A stretch of 64,000 nt of DNA from Catajapyx aquilonaris (Eukaryota), in assembly GCA_000934665.2 (NCBI GenBank), contig KZ538814.1:1-64000 (forward strand), read 5' to 3'. Below, one piece after another: positions 23,865-36,384 of this stretch. Within the stretch, counting starts at the first letter, position 1. Each line of letters opens with the position of its first letter. Under the pieces are notes generated by a model that had not been told where the DNA came from, ran no database searches, and saw only the letters and a list, made by a program, of their open reading frames with translations. The translations under genes were made by a program, and so were the position numbers.

Positions 23865-24876
23865 CAGGGTGGACAGAAAGTTTCGGACCTCCCTAGGTTT
23901 TTTAACCCTACTTTTCACAGCGTCTTTTCACATCTTTTAAAAGTTCACAAGCAGTTCTAATGTACACTATCTTTTGAAGCATAATCTTGAGAACATCTGA
24001 GCACCTTCGCTCTCGCAATTCCATTAATAACTTCGCCTCTGTGCCTCATCTAAACATCCTATTTGTTTTGCGTTTATTTTGCTTGTTGCCTTGGAGGACC
24101 CCTGGTCATATTCTTCGTCAGGTAAGGTTTTTATGACCCTTTTCCATGAGTTCCCCTTCATGCAAATGTTGTGAACTCACTCCTGACCTTATTTTTCGCA
24201 TTGGTCCATAATTAACCTGGTCCAATAAAAATTTGAAAAGGAATGCATGAAATGCCGGACCCGGATGCATTACTTTCGAATTGGTACCATCACATTTGCC
24301 TCCATTTTTACTTTCAAATAATTTTTTGGTGGGAAAGGACAGTAAACAGTCCTACCTTGGTAAATTAATCAACATGACACATCCTTTCGTTCACGTCCTT
24401 TCGCACCAAGAAATTATTTTAAAGTAAAAATGGAGACAAATGCGATGGTACCAATGTGAGAATTAGAAAGTAATGCATCCGGGTCCGCCATTTCATGCAT
24501 TCATTTTCAAATTTTTATTGGACCAGGTTATGGACCAATGCGAAAAATAAGGTCAGGAGTGAGTTCACAACATTTGCATGAAGGGGAACTCATGGAAAAG
24601 GGTCATAAAAACCTTACCTGACGAAGAATATGACCAGGGGTCCTCCAAGGCAACAAGCGAAATAAACGCAAAACAGAGAGGATGTTTAGGTGAGTCACAG
24701 AGGCGAAGTTATTAATGGAATTGCGAGAGCGAAGGTGCTCAGACGTTCTCAAGATTATTCTTCAAAAGATAGTGTACATTAGAACTGCTTGTGAACTTTT
24801 AAAAGATGTGAAAAGATGCTGCCTGAAAAGCAGGGTTAAAAAACCTGGGGGGGTCCGAAACTTTCCGTCCACCCTG
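23865..24876. mobile_element. Young Tc1/mariner foldback element with ~465-bp arms
   Basis: TA-CAGGGTGGACAGAAAGTTTCGGACC ... GGTCCGAAACTTTCCGTCCACCCTG-TA; arms are nearly identical, spacer ~60 bp. Confidence 0.9.
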
Positions 24877-25239
24877 TATTATAAGTTTAATATTTAAAAG
24901 GCAAAGTTGCTATAATTGCACATTTTAGACCAAAACCACTATATTGTACTCGTATTTCACACAATTATAGCCTCCAGTACATTTACTCGAGAGGTAGTGT
25001 ACGCCCTTTCAGCATCATATACCTGCAGCATGAACCCAATCATCCGGCCCAATGAATGGGTTATTGTGACTTAATAAAGCAACAATAGCTATACACGGCA
25101 TGTCGCAGCACGTCGGTGACATCATATTGTCTCTTGCAATATTAGTATTGTTATAATGTTATTAGGCTACGTAAAAAAATTGAGGTTAACCTACACCAGG
25201 AATCATGGAAAGGCTTTCATATTTGTACGACACCGTAAA

Positions 25240-25310
25240 AGGAAGTACAAGGTTTTGACAGTGGGAAGAAACCGAAGAACCCGAAAATCCACGCGAATAA
25301 GGTGAGACCC
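25240..25310 (-). repeat. Decayed V-domain-like SINE fragment
   Basis: Minus strand CGCGTGGATTTTCGGGTTCTTCGGTTTCTTCCCACTGTCAAAACC. Confidence 0.5.
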
Positions 25311-26579
25311 ATTGACCTCTTGATGATATCAGATCATATTCAATTACAACCCGTGTAAGCCTATATGTGCATGCCATGGGAATTTCCAAGCTCAAAAGGA
25401 GAGAACGAACGTTGCTCTTATCATACGCGTATTGGAGAAGGAGAGCTCCCCTTCCTTTAACATTCGATTAGACAGAGGTATGAAAGCTCAAAAATGTTAA
25501 GACGAGTCAGTCAGAAAGGAGGCAAGAGAGGAAGTATAGACTGGCCACACCACCAGAACCACATACGTACTAGAGCAATTTTTGTCTCATGTAAGCCATG
25601 AGTTTCATACCAAATTTTCCAATTGCAATATTTTTGTTGTAACGGGGAAGTTAAATGTGACTAATGGAAATTATAAGTGTTTAAACCGCTCTGGTAAATA
25701 GCACTTTCTATATATTTTTAAAACCATCCTTACTGATTCCGACTGACTTAAGTTCGAGCCACAACCTATTACGGTGTATTGACAGAAAGTTGGACCTTAT
25801 TTTCATTAGCTGCCTAAACTCTCTTGCATTAGTTTAAAAGAATTGACTAATCTACTTAATAGTCGCAGATAATACGAGTATTCCGGTATTAATAACCTCC
25901 TAAGTACAGTAGTATGAGTCGTAAATCCTTCCCTCCCTCCCCAAACTCCTAAAAGAAGTGGTGGTCATCACGGGATAATAATGATACGTATATTCAATTG
26001 TAAATAAAAGGCAAGTCCCAGGCACAAAGTGCGAAAAACATACCGCACCTGAGAAAATTAAAAATCATTTGCACTGCCTTTGGGAGAAGGGTTTTAAAAT
26101 GGATTCTGGTTTACAGTAGGTAATGCAAGAAAATAATGAACCAAAGTACCAGCAGAAAGAGGATAAGAGTGGTATGTTTCATACCCGGAAAGTCCCCAAG
26201 GTAGGCCAGATCTTATTACCGTCTAAACAGTAGCATGTACGTAGTAGTCATGAACCACCATGAAAATGGTGGCGGTGGCTTCAAATTCTGGCCCTGCCGT
26301 CAGAAGGAGAAACACCGTATCTCAAAAACTAGTAAGGGTGAAAGTCGCATGCATGCCCTGCACTAATCCCCTCTGAGTCCTCATATTAAGACAAATGTAC
26401 ACTAATGCTCCATTTAACATGCTCCATTTTCTCCAATGCAATAAATCGCACTTTCCTTTTCTTTAGCTCATAAAAAGCGGGTTTGTCGGCGTTTTAAAAA
26501 CTCGCGCATCTGCTGATCGGAGTAGGAAAAGGAACGCCCATTATTTTGTTACGTACTGTATTAAGCTGTTATGTTACAC

Positions 26580-26829
26580 ATATAAGTAGTTAGAAAAATC
26601 GGAGTCCCATGCCACTTCGGATATACTGTATAGTAAACCAGAGTCCCACGCCAGATAATCCCCTACAATACACAACTTTTCCCTCAACGAAATAATGGTT
26701 ATTATTTACGTAAAATTAACATTAAAAATCGTGAAAATCATGTTAAAATTCGTTAAATCATCTGGCGTGGGACTCTGGTCTACTATATCCGTAGTGGCAT
26801 GGGACTCCGATTTTTCTAACTACTCATAT
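26580..26829. mobile_element. MITE with ~75-bp TIRs
   Basis: AGTAGTTAGAAAAATCGGAGTCCCATGCCAC..CCAGAGTCCCACGCCAGAT and its reverse complement. Confidence 0.85.
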
Positions 26830-28170
26830 AGGAGAACAAGACACCGTTACAATATTCCTCCATTTTTTGGTGTATAACTCGTACATTACTGAGAACGTAA
26901 ACTACAGCTTTATGTTACAATAATTTACATGAACTAGTCCTGCGAAACCCCGTTAAGAGTTTAAAAATTGCATTTGCTCAATTATAAAGCCGTATTTTTC
27001 GAGGCGTCTTCGCCTCAGAGTGGCAGTAAAAAAATAGGGGTTGGTCGTCTCTATGGGTCCTATTCAGAAACACAGAATGATTAGCAATGAGTAACAGTGT
27101 CAAATTTATTCACAGTATAGTTATTTTTTAAATTTCAAGCCGTAACATCGCATTTTAATGACATGTTCTAACATTCCCACAGACATTACGATGTTGCCAG
27201 CACATTGCGTTGTTCCCAGGAACGGCGGAGAATATAACTTCGAACGTGTTTTATAATGAGTCTTTTGACCAACACCCTTATTCCCTCTATTCCACACCCA
27301 TTTGGTAATCACATATTCCGCCCTTATTTGGGAAATAGCGCGATATGTTTCTGGAATTCCCACATTTTTGTTAGGTCTATCCTAGAGCCTATAGCCCTAT
27401 ACCCTATACTCCTATAGCCTACTGCTCAAAAAGCTAAGCTGGAAGGATCACATACAAGTACTGTATACAAGCCAAGAGTATAGCGACTATAGCCTATACG
27501 TACATGGTGTATCATAATGTTTCAGACAAACTGAGTGTTTTGCATCAATCCAATGGTAGATGACCTCCTTTACTTAGAAGAAGAAGAAATCGAAGAAGTG
27601 AAAAGTAGCCTACATCAGTCTGCTGGGATCACCGAAAAAGTCACTACGACGTTTGTCACAAGAAACTGTGGGTATTCTGTTTCCACCTGCCAAAGAGCCG
27701 CAAATGGGGATATTTGAAGAGTTGCCCTTACAACAATAAGCCTTGAAGTTAGAATACTGGGAAAGAAACATCAGTGCAGCAATCCGGACTGTTGAAGTGT
27801 TGATGTCGATATATGTGGGGAGGACCTTCGCTATAAAATAAGGAGATTCGCGTAGTTTCGCGTTCGAGTGCGCATGGAGGTCGCTGAAGGTCAATATTAT
27901 AGCATTTATTGCGTAAGGTGCTACATTCCCATGACCTAAGGTACATTTTAAACCAAACCTCATGTTTTAGGTTGAGTGGGAGGAAAAATACAGTTGGTTC
28001 TTTGGGGGCCGGGGGGGGGGGGGGGNGGGGGGGCTATAGTGAAACACCATGGTTATAAGAGGTTGGAGTAATTCCACGTGAGATCGCCCAAGGCATAACA
28101 CCCTCCAATTTTTAATCTAATTGAAAATTGTAGCCTATACTTGTCCCACGAAGAGAGCAGGATATATATA

Positions 28171-28503
28171 CAGGGTCTCATCTTTTTTGTCCGCACAGTT
28201 ATCGGAAAATTGCGCATAGCTGCTACTTTTTAAGCAGTGACTTGCAACCGGTGATTTGTCGGAGGAATGGGGAATGGGGAAAAAAGAGGGTCACGCATCC
28301 CATGGCATGACTGTGTGACCCTCTTTTTTCCAGGTTTGACCCTCAATTTTCAGCGGGCAGCACGTATGCCACTTCAACCTAGGATTCGCAGGGAATATTC
28401 CCCGTTCCTCCGAAAAAGCACCGTTTGCAAGTCATCGCTTAAAAAGTAGCAGCTACGCGCAAGTTTCCGATAACTGTTCGGACAAAAAAGATGAGACACC
28501 CTG
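28171..28503. mobile_element. Tc1/mariner MITE
   Basis: TA-CAGGGTCTCATCTTTTTTGTCCG ... CGGACAAAAAAGATGAGACACCCTG-TA; arms ~80-110 bp. Confidence 0.85.
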
Positions 28504-28665
28504 TATATTAAGTTATTGACACTTGGCGTTAAAAGGTCAGGCATTATTTGCAAAATAATGGAAAGCTTCAAAAACCTCCAGAATGTGTTTATTTATTTAT
28601 CTGGTATTATTCATCTCATTGTCGCAAAGGTAGCATTTTATGTCGAATACAAAGAAGGGTCTATG

Positions 28666-29412
28666 AAGGGTGTTCCAAGTATCCGGGTCACTTTTGGATA
28701 ACTGCTATCGCCCGATAGCATTTGTTTTTTGTGGCTTGTTGTGCCCCGATTTAGTTTCCCTATTCCACGGCCATATACATAAGTTCTCGCAACTCCCTCC
28801 CCCTATGCGTGAGCTTAGTTGCGCTCTCCCCCACGGTAGAATGTTCTATTTGGCGCTGGCGTCGTCCACGGAGCACTACGGCGGACAGCTGTTCGAACCA
28901 CGGGTCCACACACGGGTCTATCCGTGGTTCGTTCGATCTGGTTCGATAGGGTACCGAATGGCCCTTGAAAAAATTCGGGACGTCTGCGTCTGACAGTCTG
29001 GTTACCTTATTTGAAGGTTTGGATCTGTTTGAAGCACGTCCTTGGAGAATAGATTTGAATGGCAAGTTTGGGTTGGTTCAGAACGGTTCAGAAACGCGTC
29101 CGCCATAACGTAACGAGTCGGGCTCTGTGGACCGATGCCAGCGCCAAATAGAACATTATACCGTGGGTGGGGGGAGGGGGGGGGAGCGCAACTAAGCTCA
29201 CGCCTTTCCCCGTAGGCNNNNNNNNNNNNNNNNNNNNNGGGGGGGGGGCTGCCCCATTCTATAGCGCCTGCTATATTCGGACCCCAGTGGGTCGAATATA
29301 GCAGAAGTTATAAAATGGGGCAACTAAATCGGGGCACAACAAGCTATATAAAATAACTGCTATCGGGCGATAGCAGTTATTCAAAAGTGACCCAGATACT
29401 TGGAACACCCTG
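28666..29412. mobile_element. Tc1/mariner MITE with long interrupted TIRs
   Basis: AGGGTGTTCCAAGTATCCGGGTCACTTTTGGATAACTGCTATCG and its reverse complement; inner IR blocks at 28807-28860 and 29137-29204. Confidence 0.85.
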
Positions 29413-30335
29413 TATAAAAGATATATTGTCAGACTTACTTTTATCAAAAACGAATTTTAAAAAATTACCAAAACAAGTACAAACGTATAGGTCATACTTG
29501 GATCTAACGTGTGACTAAATTTAACATATAGGGCCTAACCTTTATTTTTCGTTTTCGTGGGGAAAAAAATAATCCCAAATCCCAGCGCATGACCTGCGAG
29601 GAGCCTTACCTCTCCGTCCAGAAAAAAGCCTAGGCCACTCAAAGTGAGACCGGCTGAAGTATTACTGAAAATCCCTGCTGTTAAAATAAGATCATGAGCA
29701 AGATTTACCACCAGTGTTCACCGGGTGTTCTATACTGACTGATGAATCGGCAAAAATGACGGGAACCATCAGGTAGGACGTGTGTTGCTCACGTGTTCAT
29801 TGTAGCCATGAAAATGTTTCTAAATCTAATTTTTCCAGTTGTAGAATAGATTGAGCGATATAGTGATGCTGTCAGTTCTGTGAAAGGACGAGTATCCTGT
29901 GTGGTTTACTATGACGACGTGCATTGTTACTGAGCGTGGGATTTAATTTCTGATACCAGCAGACCATTAAGTTCTGGGCAAGTATCCTGCACTGTTTGTT
30001 AAAGAAAATTATGAAATGTAGTTTCAGTGAAAACCCAGACAAGTGCAACCAGTTGGTTCACTACAAAATAACCGATCTTCGATCCTGAAACTCCCAGGAG
30101 AAGATAATATTATCTCTTTGAGGATTCCATAAAAGTAATCTGTCAACATCACTATATGAAACCCGGAATCGTTCGTGGCATGCATTGCAGCTGATAAGGT
30201 TTTGTTACGCCAAATGATGCATTAGTGAGTTTGGGGACTGCTACCGTATGTCAACACGGTGTGATGCAGAATGTGATGCACCAAGAGTGTGTTCATACGA
30301 GTAACTATTTCTGGCCTCCAGAGAAAGACCAATAC

Positions 30336-30668
30336 TTGGTGTCAGTTGACGGAGTGGTGCTGCAGTAACGTATGCGCCCACGGATGTTACGGTCCGGGTT
30401 CGATCCCAGGCCGGGGACACCCCCTTCTCTCGTGCAGAGTTCATTGGGTCACCTCTGGCTTCGTTTCGGGTGGTATTTCCTACAGAATAAACCACCCGGG
30501 GGAGTTCACTAAAAATGGCCACATACGGACATTGCACTGCACCTTGCACATCCCCTCCTTTCATCCTGCCCGTGGGCCCGGGCGTTACGTATGAAGGTTC
30601 CAATGTATGTATGAGTATGAAATAGAGGTCCGTGCTATATACCTCCGATGAGGTCAAGCACTACCCGG

Positions 30669-30744
<76 letters not shown>
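30336..30744 (+). mobile_element. tRNA-derived SINE (third family) with an (ATT)n tail
   Basis: A box TGACGGAGTGG, B box GGTTCGATCCC, GC-rich body, 3' stem-loops, and an (ATT)n tail at 30669-30744. Confidence 0.8.
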
Positions 30745-30745
<1 letters not shown>

Positions 30746-30840
30746 AGACGTATATTTGTAGTATCTTTGTACATTTTTTTGTAATTTTCAAAAATTATAT
30801 TTTTGAAATATGAAAGGTGAGGCTCCGCGCAGGTCATGCT

Positions 30841-31059
30841 CTACAGATGGGTCAACATAAGAACGCAACCGAGTGTGCATCCCCGTGGGGCACAGGATGC
30901 AATACTGGAATCAGAAGTGATCTGTATGGCCATGCCCGTGTCAGAAATAAGTCTAACCTACAACAGATTATATCGTGCTTACGCACAGATCACTTCTCAT
31001 TCCAGGATAGCATCCTGTGCGCCACACTCGGTTGCGTTCTTATGTTGACCGATCTATAG
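30841..31059. mobile_element. Palindromic MITE
   Basis: CTACAGATGGGTCAACATAAGAACGCAACCGAGTGTG pairs with CACACTCGGTTGCGTTCTTATGTTGACCGATCTATAG; complementarity extends to ~85 bp. Confidence 0.85.
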
Positions 31060-32246
31060 CATCTCGGCTAGCACGGAGTTACAATGAGATAGTTGCGATT
31101 TTTTCTATAAAACGGAAAATAAAGGTCATGTGAAATTTGTCACAAGTTAGATCGAAGTAGGCCTATGATCTGTATTTGTACTTGTTTTGGTAATTTTTAA
31201 AATTAGTTTTTTCAGAAACAAAAGTTCATGAACTTTGACCTCCATGAAAATGAGTCTTCCTCCCTGGTCTAACTTTCGTTATCATCTTCTATCCCGGAAT
31301 AGGAGGACTTAAGGCTATTCCGTTTTTCTTATAGTATGAGTCTACATGCAAAAGGCAAGGTCCCGCAGAGGGACGCATACCTTCCAAGATATTTTATACA
31401 TTGTTTTAAAAGGCTATTATCTCAGTAACGAGCCATTGTTGACGAGGAAAAGAAATAAGCTTAAGAGAAAGCGCCAATATTACCCACGCATGACTACTTC
31501 CTCCAAACGTCCCTACACAAAAAAGAAGGATTTCACAGGGGTACCATGTGTGAATACCCCTTCATGCGGTTATTGTATGATATAACAAATTATTAGGAAA
31601 TAAACTTATAAGAAAATTTTGGTTGTAAATACTTCTTCGTTACTGTCTCATGCGAGTAATCTAGTCCAGATATTTCGAAATGTAATACTGTACTATGTAA
31701 TAAACATGGAAACAATTTTAGCTTGCAAAAATCCATTTACGACACATCTCAATAAATTCAGCATGCAATTGCTTGATTTGAATCTCATCCCTTAGGGTGT
31801 TTTGCTGAAAGTTTTTTGGTTGCACTGCTTCATCGTAAATATTTACAGTATATTACTTGCTTACCTCGTTGAAGGAGAAGGTTCGAAATTTCAAAGCGTA
31901 AAATTATCTCGCATATGCGCGTAACAGATAAATTTAAGTGGAGAATTACGTAGAATATAAAATTATAACTCTGATAAAAGTAAAAACATGCCATAATTAT
32001 AACATTTGCAAGAACCCCCGTCCAGGAGCGAATGATTGGAGTTAGTGGTGACGTAATGAAACGTGGACGGGTGGGATTGGGGAGAATTTTTGCTAAATGA
32101 TGAAGTATGACGAGGGGGAGTGTGTTAAACAGTGTAAAAATTCAACTTGTGCTTTTAAGCCATCCCAGAAAATATATATTGAAGCACTGCACTGCTTCAA
32201 TATAATTATTTGAATTTTGTGCAGCAATGTTGATTCTGATGCCGCT

Positions 32247-32537
32247 TACTCTCTAAAAAAATAGAGTTAAAAAACTCAATTAGAGTTAAATTAACTCTTT
32301 TAAACCTTGAAAGTGGTCATTACCAAAAATGAGTTATAATAACTCTTTCGCTGGAGTTAAAACAACTCTTTTAGTTCATTTCATCCTCCGAAAGAGTTAT
32401 TCATTCACTCTTTCGGAGGATGAAATGAACTAAAAGAGTTGTTTTAACTCCAGCAAAGAGTTATTATAACTCATTTTTGGTAATGACCACTTTCAAGGTT
32501 TAAAAGAGTTAATTTAACTCTTATTTTTTAGAGAGTA
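32247..32537. mobile_element. Near-perfect palindromic MITE with GAGTT/AACTC subrepeats (animal EnSpm-like termini)
   Basis: TACTCTCTAAAAAA ... TTTTTTAGAGAGTA; ~130-bp arms around a ~9-nt loop. Confidence 0.85.
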
Positions 32538-32807
32538 GGGCATACGGACTTTTCATGACGACATAGCTATATTTTCAGGTTTAGCCTTATCGTCTACAAG
32601 AAAAGAGGTATGTTGTACGTATACAATATATTATGCGTAGATTTTTTTCACTGAATCTCTTCATACGGTTCTGCCAAATTCTAACTCGTATATTACAGTG
32701 AAACCTGCACANAAAAGAGGTATGTTGTACGTATACAATATATTATGCGTAGTTTTTTTTCACTGAATCTCTTCATACGGTTCTGCCAAATTCTAACTCG
32801 TATATTA

Positions 32808-32989
32808 CAGTGAAACCTGCACAGTATAGTGGAAGTTCTCCTTTCCTCCAAACTTTGCCGTAATCAACAGGTTTTCATTACATGATACACAGAAATATAC
32901 ATTTAATATCCTCCCATAGACCAAATAAAAATTTTGTAATGGAAAACTTGCAATAAATATCCAGGGCTCATTACAGGCAAGTTTCACTC
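32808..32989. mobile_element. Tigger/pogo-like MITE
   Basis: TA-CAGTGAAACCTGC ... GCAAGTTTCACT. Confidence 0.5.
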
Positions 32990-34682
32990 TGTCGGTTTAG
33001 AAATTCTAAAGGAGAGAACTTTGAAACGTTACAGTAGGCTTTAAGGGTGGAAAAAATAGTGGAACCAGTCCTCCGTAAATGTGACGAAGCATAGTCCTCA
33101 AACCCCTCATCATGATTACGCTACAATAACTGGCAAGAGCTCTTTGAGACGTATAAATCATTATCACCTTTTTTCCGACTTGGTATCAGACACGTGCAAG
33201 AAAAGTTGCAGTAGGCGTAGTCATACGTACTGTAGCCTACTGTACCAGTCTAAAAAGACATTTACACGGTCACAATAACTCTCGCGTGTAAATATCACGG
33301 CACTACGAAAGAGTAAGTGGTGGCGAGTATACTGGAAGAAGCAGTGTGACCAGATAATCAATGTTAAATGGTAACATCACGAGCATCCAATAACAAGGCA
33401 ATCATGTTCGTCTTGCTAGAAGGTGATGGTGCATTTTGTGACAGTAGTTATTACCTTGACACTCACTTCTTCCATACATAGACAACGCTTCGTTGTATAC
33501 CTTCACGCTACACTGATTTTTATTCAGGGGTGTTGCCCTAACTGTGTAAGCCTAAACATGCCTATGCATTGGTAATACGGTATTTTAATAGTAGCCTACT
33601 AACAGTTGTAGCTACTACAGTATTTATTACAGTATTTGGATGGTATGGTTGAGTATCTCTGCATAATAATAGGCAAGTTATGGCAAGATAGTTATGCTTC
33701 ATTTTTTCACCTTCGAGAACCGGAATAAATAATATGTAAGTTATACTATATTGTCATTCCATGTCTACCGTGAAATGTATCACAGCGGAAATGCTTTTAC
33801 ACCGAAAGTCGGAAATTCGATAAAAATGGGAAAAGAAGGAATACGGCCCACTGAGTAATTAATGCACTGGAGAAATAAGAGTGTATGGCCCTTCCCACAC
33901 ATAATGTATGGATATACTGTGAGAAATATACAGTACAGAACCCTTAGTGTAATAATTTTTATGCCATAATTTTTCACCAACATGCCCTAAACTGCCCAAT
34001 CAGGAAATCTCTGATAATGTCATATATTACCGAACATCTGGCCAGTTCATTTCTGCATTGAAGGGAGGCAGGCACGTGAACGACAGCTTTTATCACCAAC
34101 CCCCTACTGGCTCTAGCCATCCTCGCAGAGCCATCAGCTTCGAAGCACCTATTTCCCTTCAAGGCATACATGAAACGATGCTATTTGATGCAGCATGACA
34201 TTATTAGAACATGTCTTAACCTGTTCAGCCAGTATATTGCATTACAATGGCTAATCTGTTATTATTTTGGCTCCCTTAAACTCCATATTTTGCATTCAAT
34301 ATCAGCAGACTTTATTATTATGGCAATCACAGGTACCGGTATTGATAACACCAGTATTATGCTATATCCTTTGCAAGAGAACAGGTTTATTCAAAACTGA
34401 GGTTCAACATAACTTAGAGGTATCTGATTATTCGAACTGTATCGCTTTAGGTAAGAAGATGTATTTTATACTTTTAGTTGCTATAAATAAGTACGATGTA
34501 CGATGTAGGTGTTTCCAAGTTTTCTGAACAGTTAATACTGATAGCTCCAAAAGGACTATGCACTGATCATTTATAGGACTACTTAAGTTAATTATTGTTC
34601 CCCAAATCATATGAAACATGTAACCAAATAATGGATTGTAAAAATTCACGGAACCTAGCATCCGAAGAAAAAAAGTTTTGGA

Positions 34683-34793
34683 CAAACGTATCCTGGCGCT
34701 ATGCAACCATCAGCACTCGCCCATGGTGAAGCCCATGAAAAGTTTAAAAAAATACAGTAGTGTGCTGGTAGATGTATAGCCAGGATACGTTTG
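34683..34793. repeat. Small inverted repeat or MITE
   Basis: CAAACGTATCCTGGC pairs with GCCAGGATACGTTTG, with weaker inner pairing. Confidence 0.6.
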
Positions 34794-35064
34794 ACGAAAC
34801 ATTCTTTACTGCTAATATTAATATATTTTTTACATTTAGACATGAGCATTAGAGGTAGACATATAGGGATATAGTTATCTGGTACAGTACACAGATGGCG
34901 CGCAACTTTTTCGCGAAGGTTGAAAATAAAATGAACAGACATTACCATCATAAAGATTGAGTCAGCACCTTTCCACCTTTATTATTAATCATTAATCAGA
35001 GATTTCGATGTGCAGCGAAGAAGACTGTTGCAGGATGCAGGATCTCCGAAAGCCATACATTTAT

Positions 35065-35523
35065 TTGTTTTTATTTGTTTTTATTTGTTTTACCCCGTGA
35101 TATGCCTACATGGGCCCTGTTGGGGGGTAGTACACCACCATCAATTTTCTTGTGTTATTTTTCTTTCCTCCAGTGCAAGGGGACAGGGTAGGGATAATGA
35201 GGGGGGGGGGGGCACTGGTGCAGGTGCAATGTCTCAAGTTGGGGGTCGTGTGCAGTCCCTCAGGGGGCCCGTTCGCCAAGATGATCCCCTAGATGCGGGT
35301 CAGAAATCACCCACAGACACCGCACATCCTCATGAACGGGACAAGGATAGGAAAGGAAGGAAGCGGCTGTGGCCTATTATTTAGGAAGCAATCCCGGAAT
35401 TCTCCTGGGGGACCGTGGGAAACCATAGAAAACCACGGTTAGGATTGCCGGCCCCGGGACTCGAACCCAGGACCTCCCGATTAGCACTCTGACACCTTAT
35501 CCATTCCACCAAACTGCTTCGGT
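35065..35523 (-). mobile_element. Full-length tRNA SINE, same family as 10641-10939
   Basis: A box TGGTGGAATGG, B box GGTTCGAGTCC, A-rich tail. Perfect 16-bp TSD AAAGCCATACATTTAT at 35049-35064 and 35524-35539. Confidence 0.9.
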
Positions 35524-36202
35524 AAAGCCATACATTTATGCAAAAGTTCAAAATTATCGATGCCTGGTTTTTGAGTAAAAATGACCGTCTCATGAATGAG
35601 ATCTTCTCATAATATCGAGTGTCATTATGTGCATGCACGGATCTAGCGCACGGCCTGCTATATAGGCCTGCTTGTAGAGTATGATAAGTAAGGGCGGCAA
35701 AGTGTTGCTTCCTTCTATACTTTTGAGGTCCTGAATATTAGATCCCCGGGTCGGAATATGGATTTCCTCCATTTGGATACTGATTTGATTGGTTTTCTCC
35801 TTCCTGGAGACTGTTTTCCTGCTGCTGGGTTCTTCCTATACTTCCTTCCACTCTCAAAGTCCATCACAATTCGGTAATTAAATAAAGCCAGAACTATAGA
35901 AAATGATGTCCACACTAAGAGGCTACAGGCCTTCATTGCGGGGTTATATTGTAGGGTATATTGAGTTTATTGCTTAGAAATAGTATATTTTAAGATGGGC
36001 TTTCTATATACAGTTGCTCCAAGAAACAAGTGCTGCGGTCCTTATAGGGTTTGGTTGCCATCTACCTCCGGAGATTCTGATATCCTTTTTCTATCAGCAG
36101 TACGGTTGCTATAGGCAACAATGCATATGCTCTGCTTGCGAGCCTTTTTGCCCTATAGTATTTACGAAATTCCTGTCATAAGTAGGCCTATGGCGTAATG
36201 TA

Positions 36203-36384
36203 CAGGGTGACTTTAAGTCAGGGTACGTAGGTAATTGGATTGAATTGTTGGTTTCCAGTTGTGCCAACTAGCAGATTGTTGGCAGACAGTATAGTTTGAG
36301 TAGGCCCTTGAAGTTGGCACAACTGGCAACCAACAATGCAATCCAAGGATATTACCTATGTATCCAGACTTTAGAGTCACCCTG
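36203..36384. mobile_element. Fully palindromic Tc1/mariner MITE
   Basis: TA-CAGGGTGACTTTAAGTC ... GACTTTAGAGTCACCCTG-TA; inner CCAGTTGTGCCAACT pairs with AGTTGGCACAACTGG. Confidence 0.85.

Larger units (their letters stand above)
29437..31226. mobile_element. Old long-TIR element containing a SINE and a MITE
   Basis: 29437-29555 is complementary to 31108-31226; GCATGACCTGCGAGGAGCC (29587) is complementary to GGCTCCGCGCAGGTCATGC (30821). Confidence 0.65.

Noticed and set aside
30615..30660. GAAA...CCGATGAG hammerhead-like motif in the SINE tail
   Set aside because: The core is CCGAUGA, not CUGANGA, and there is no room for stem I; better read as a LINE-recognition stem-loop.
32601..32823. 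111-bp tandem duplication
   Set aside because: The two near-identical copies are separated by a single N, typical of unmerged overlapping contig ends, so it is probably an assembly artefact.
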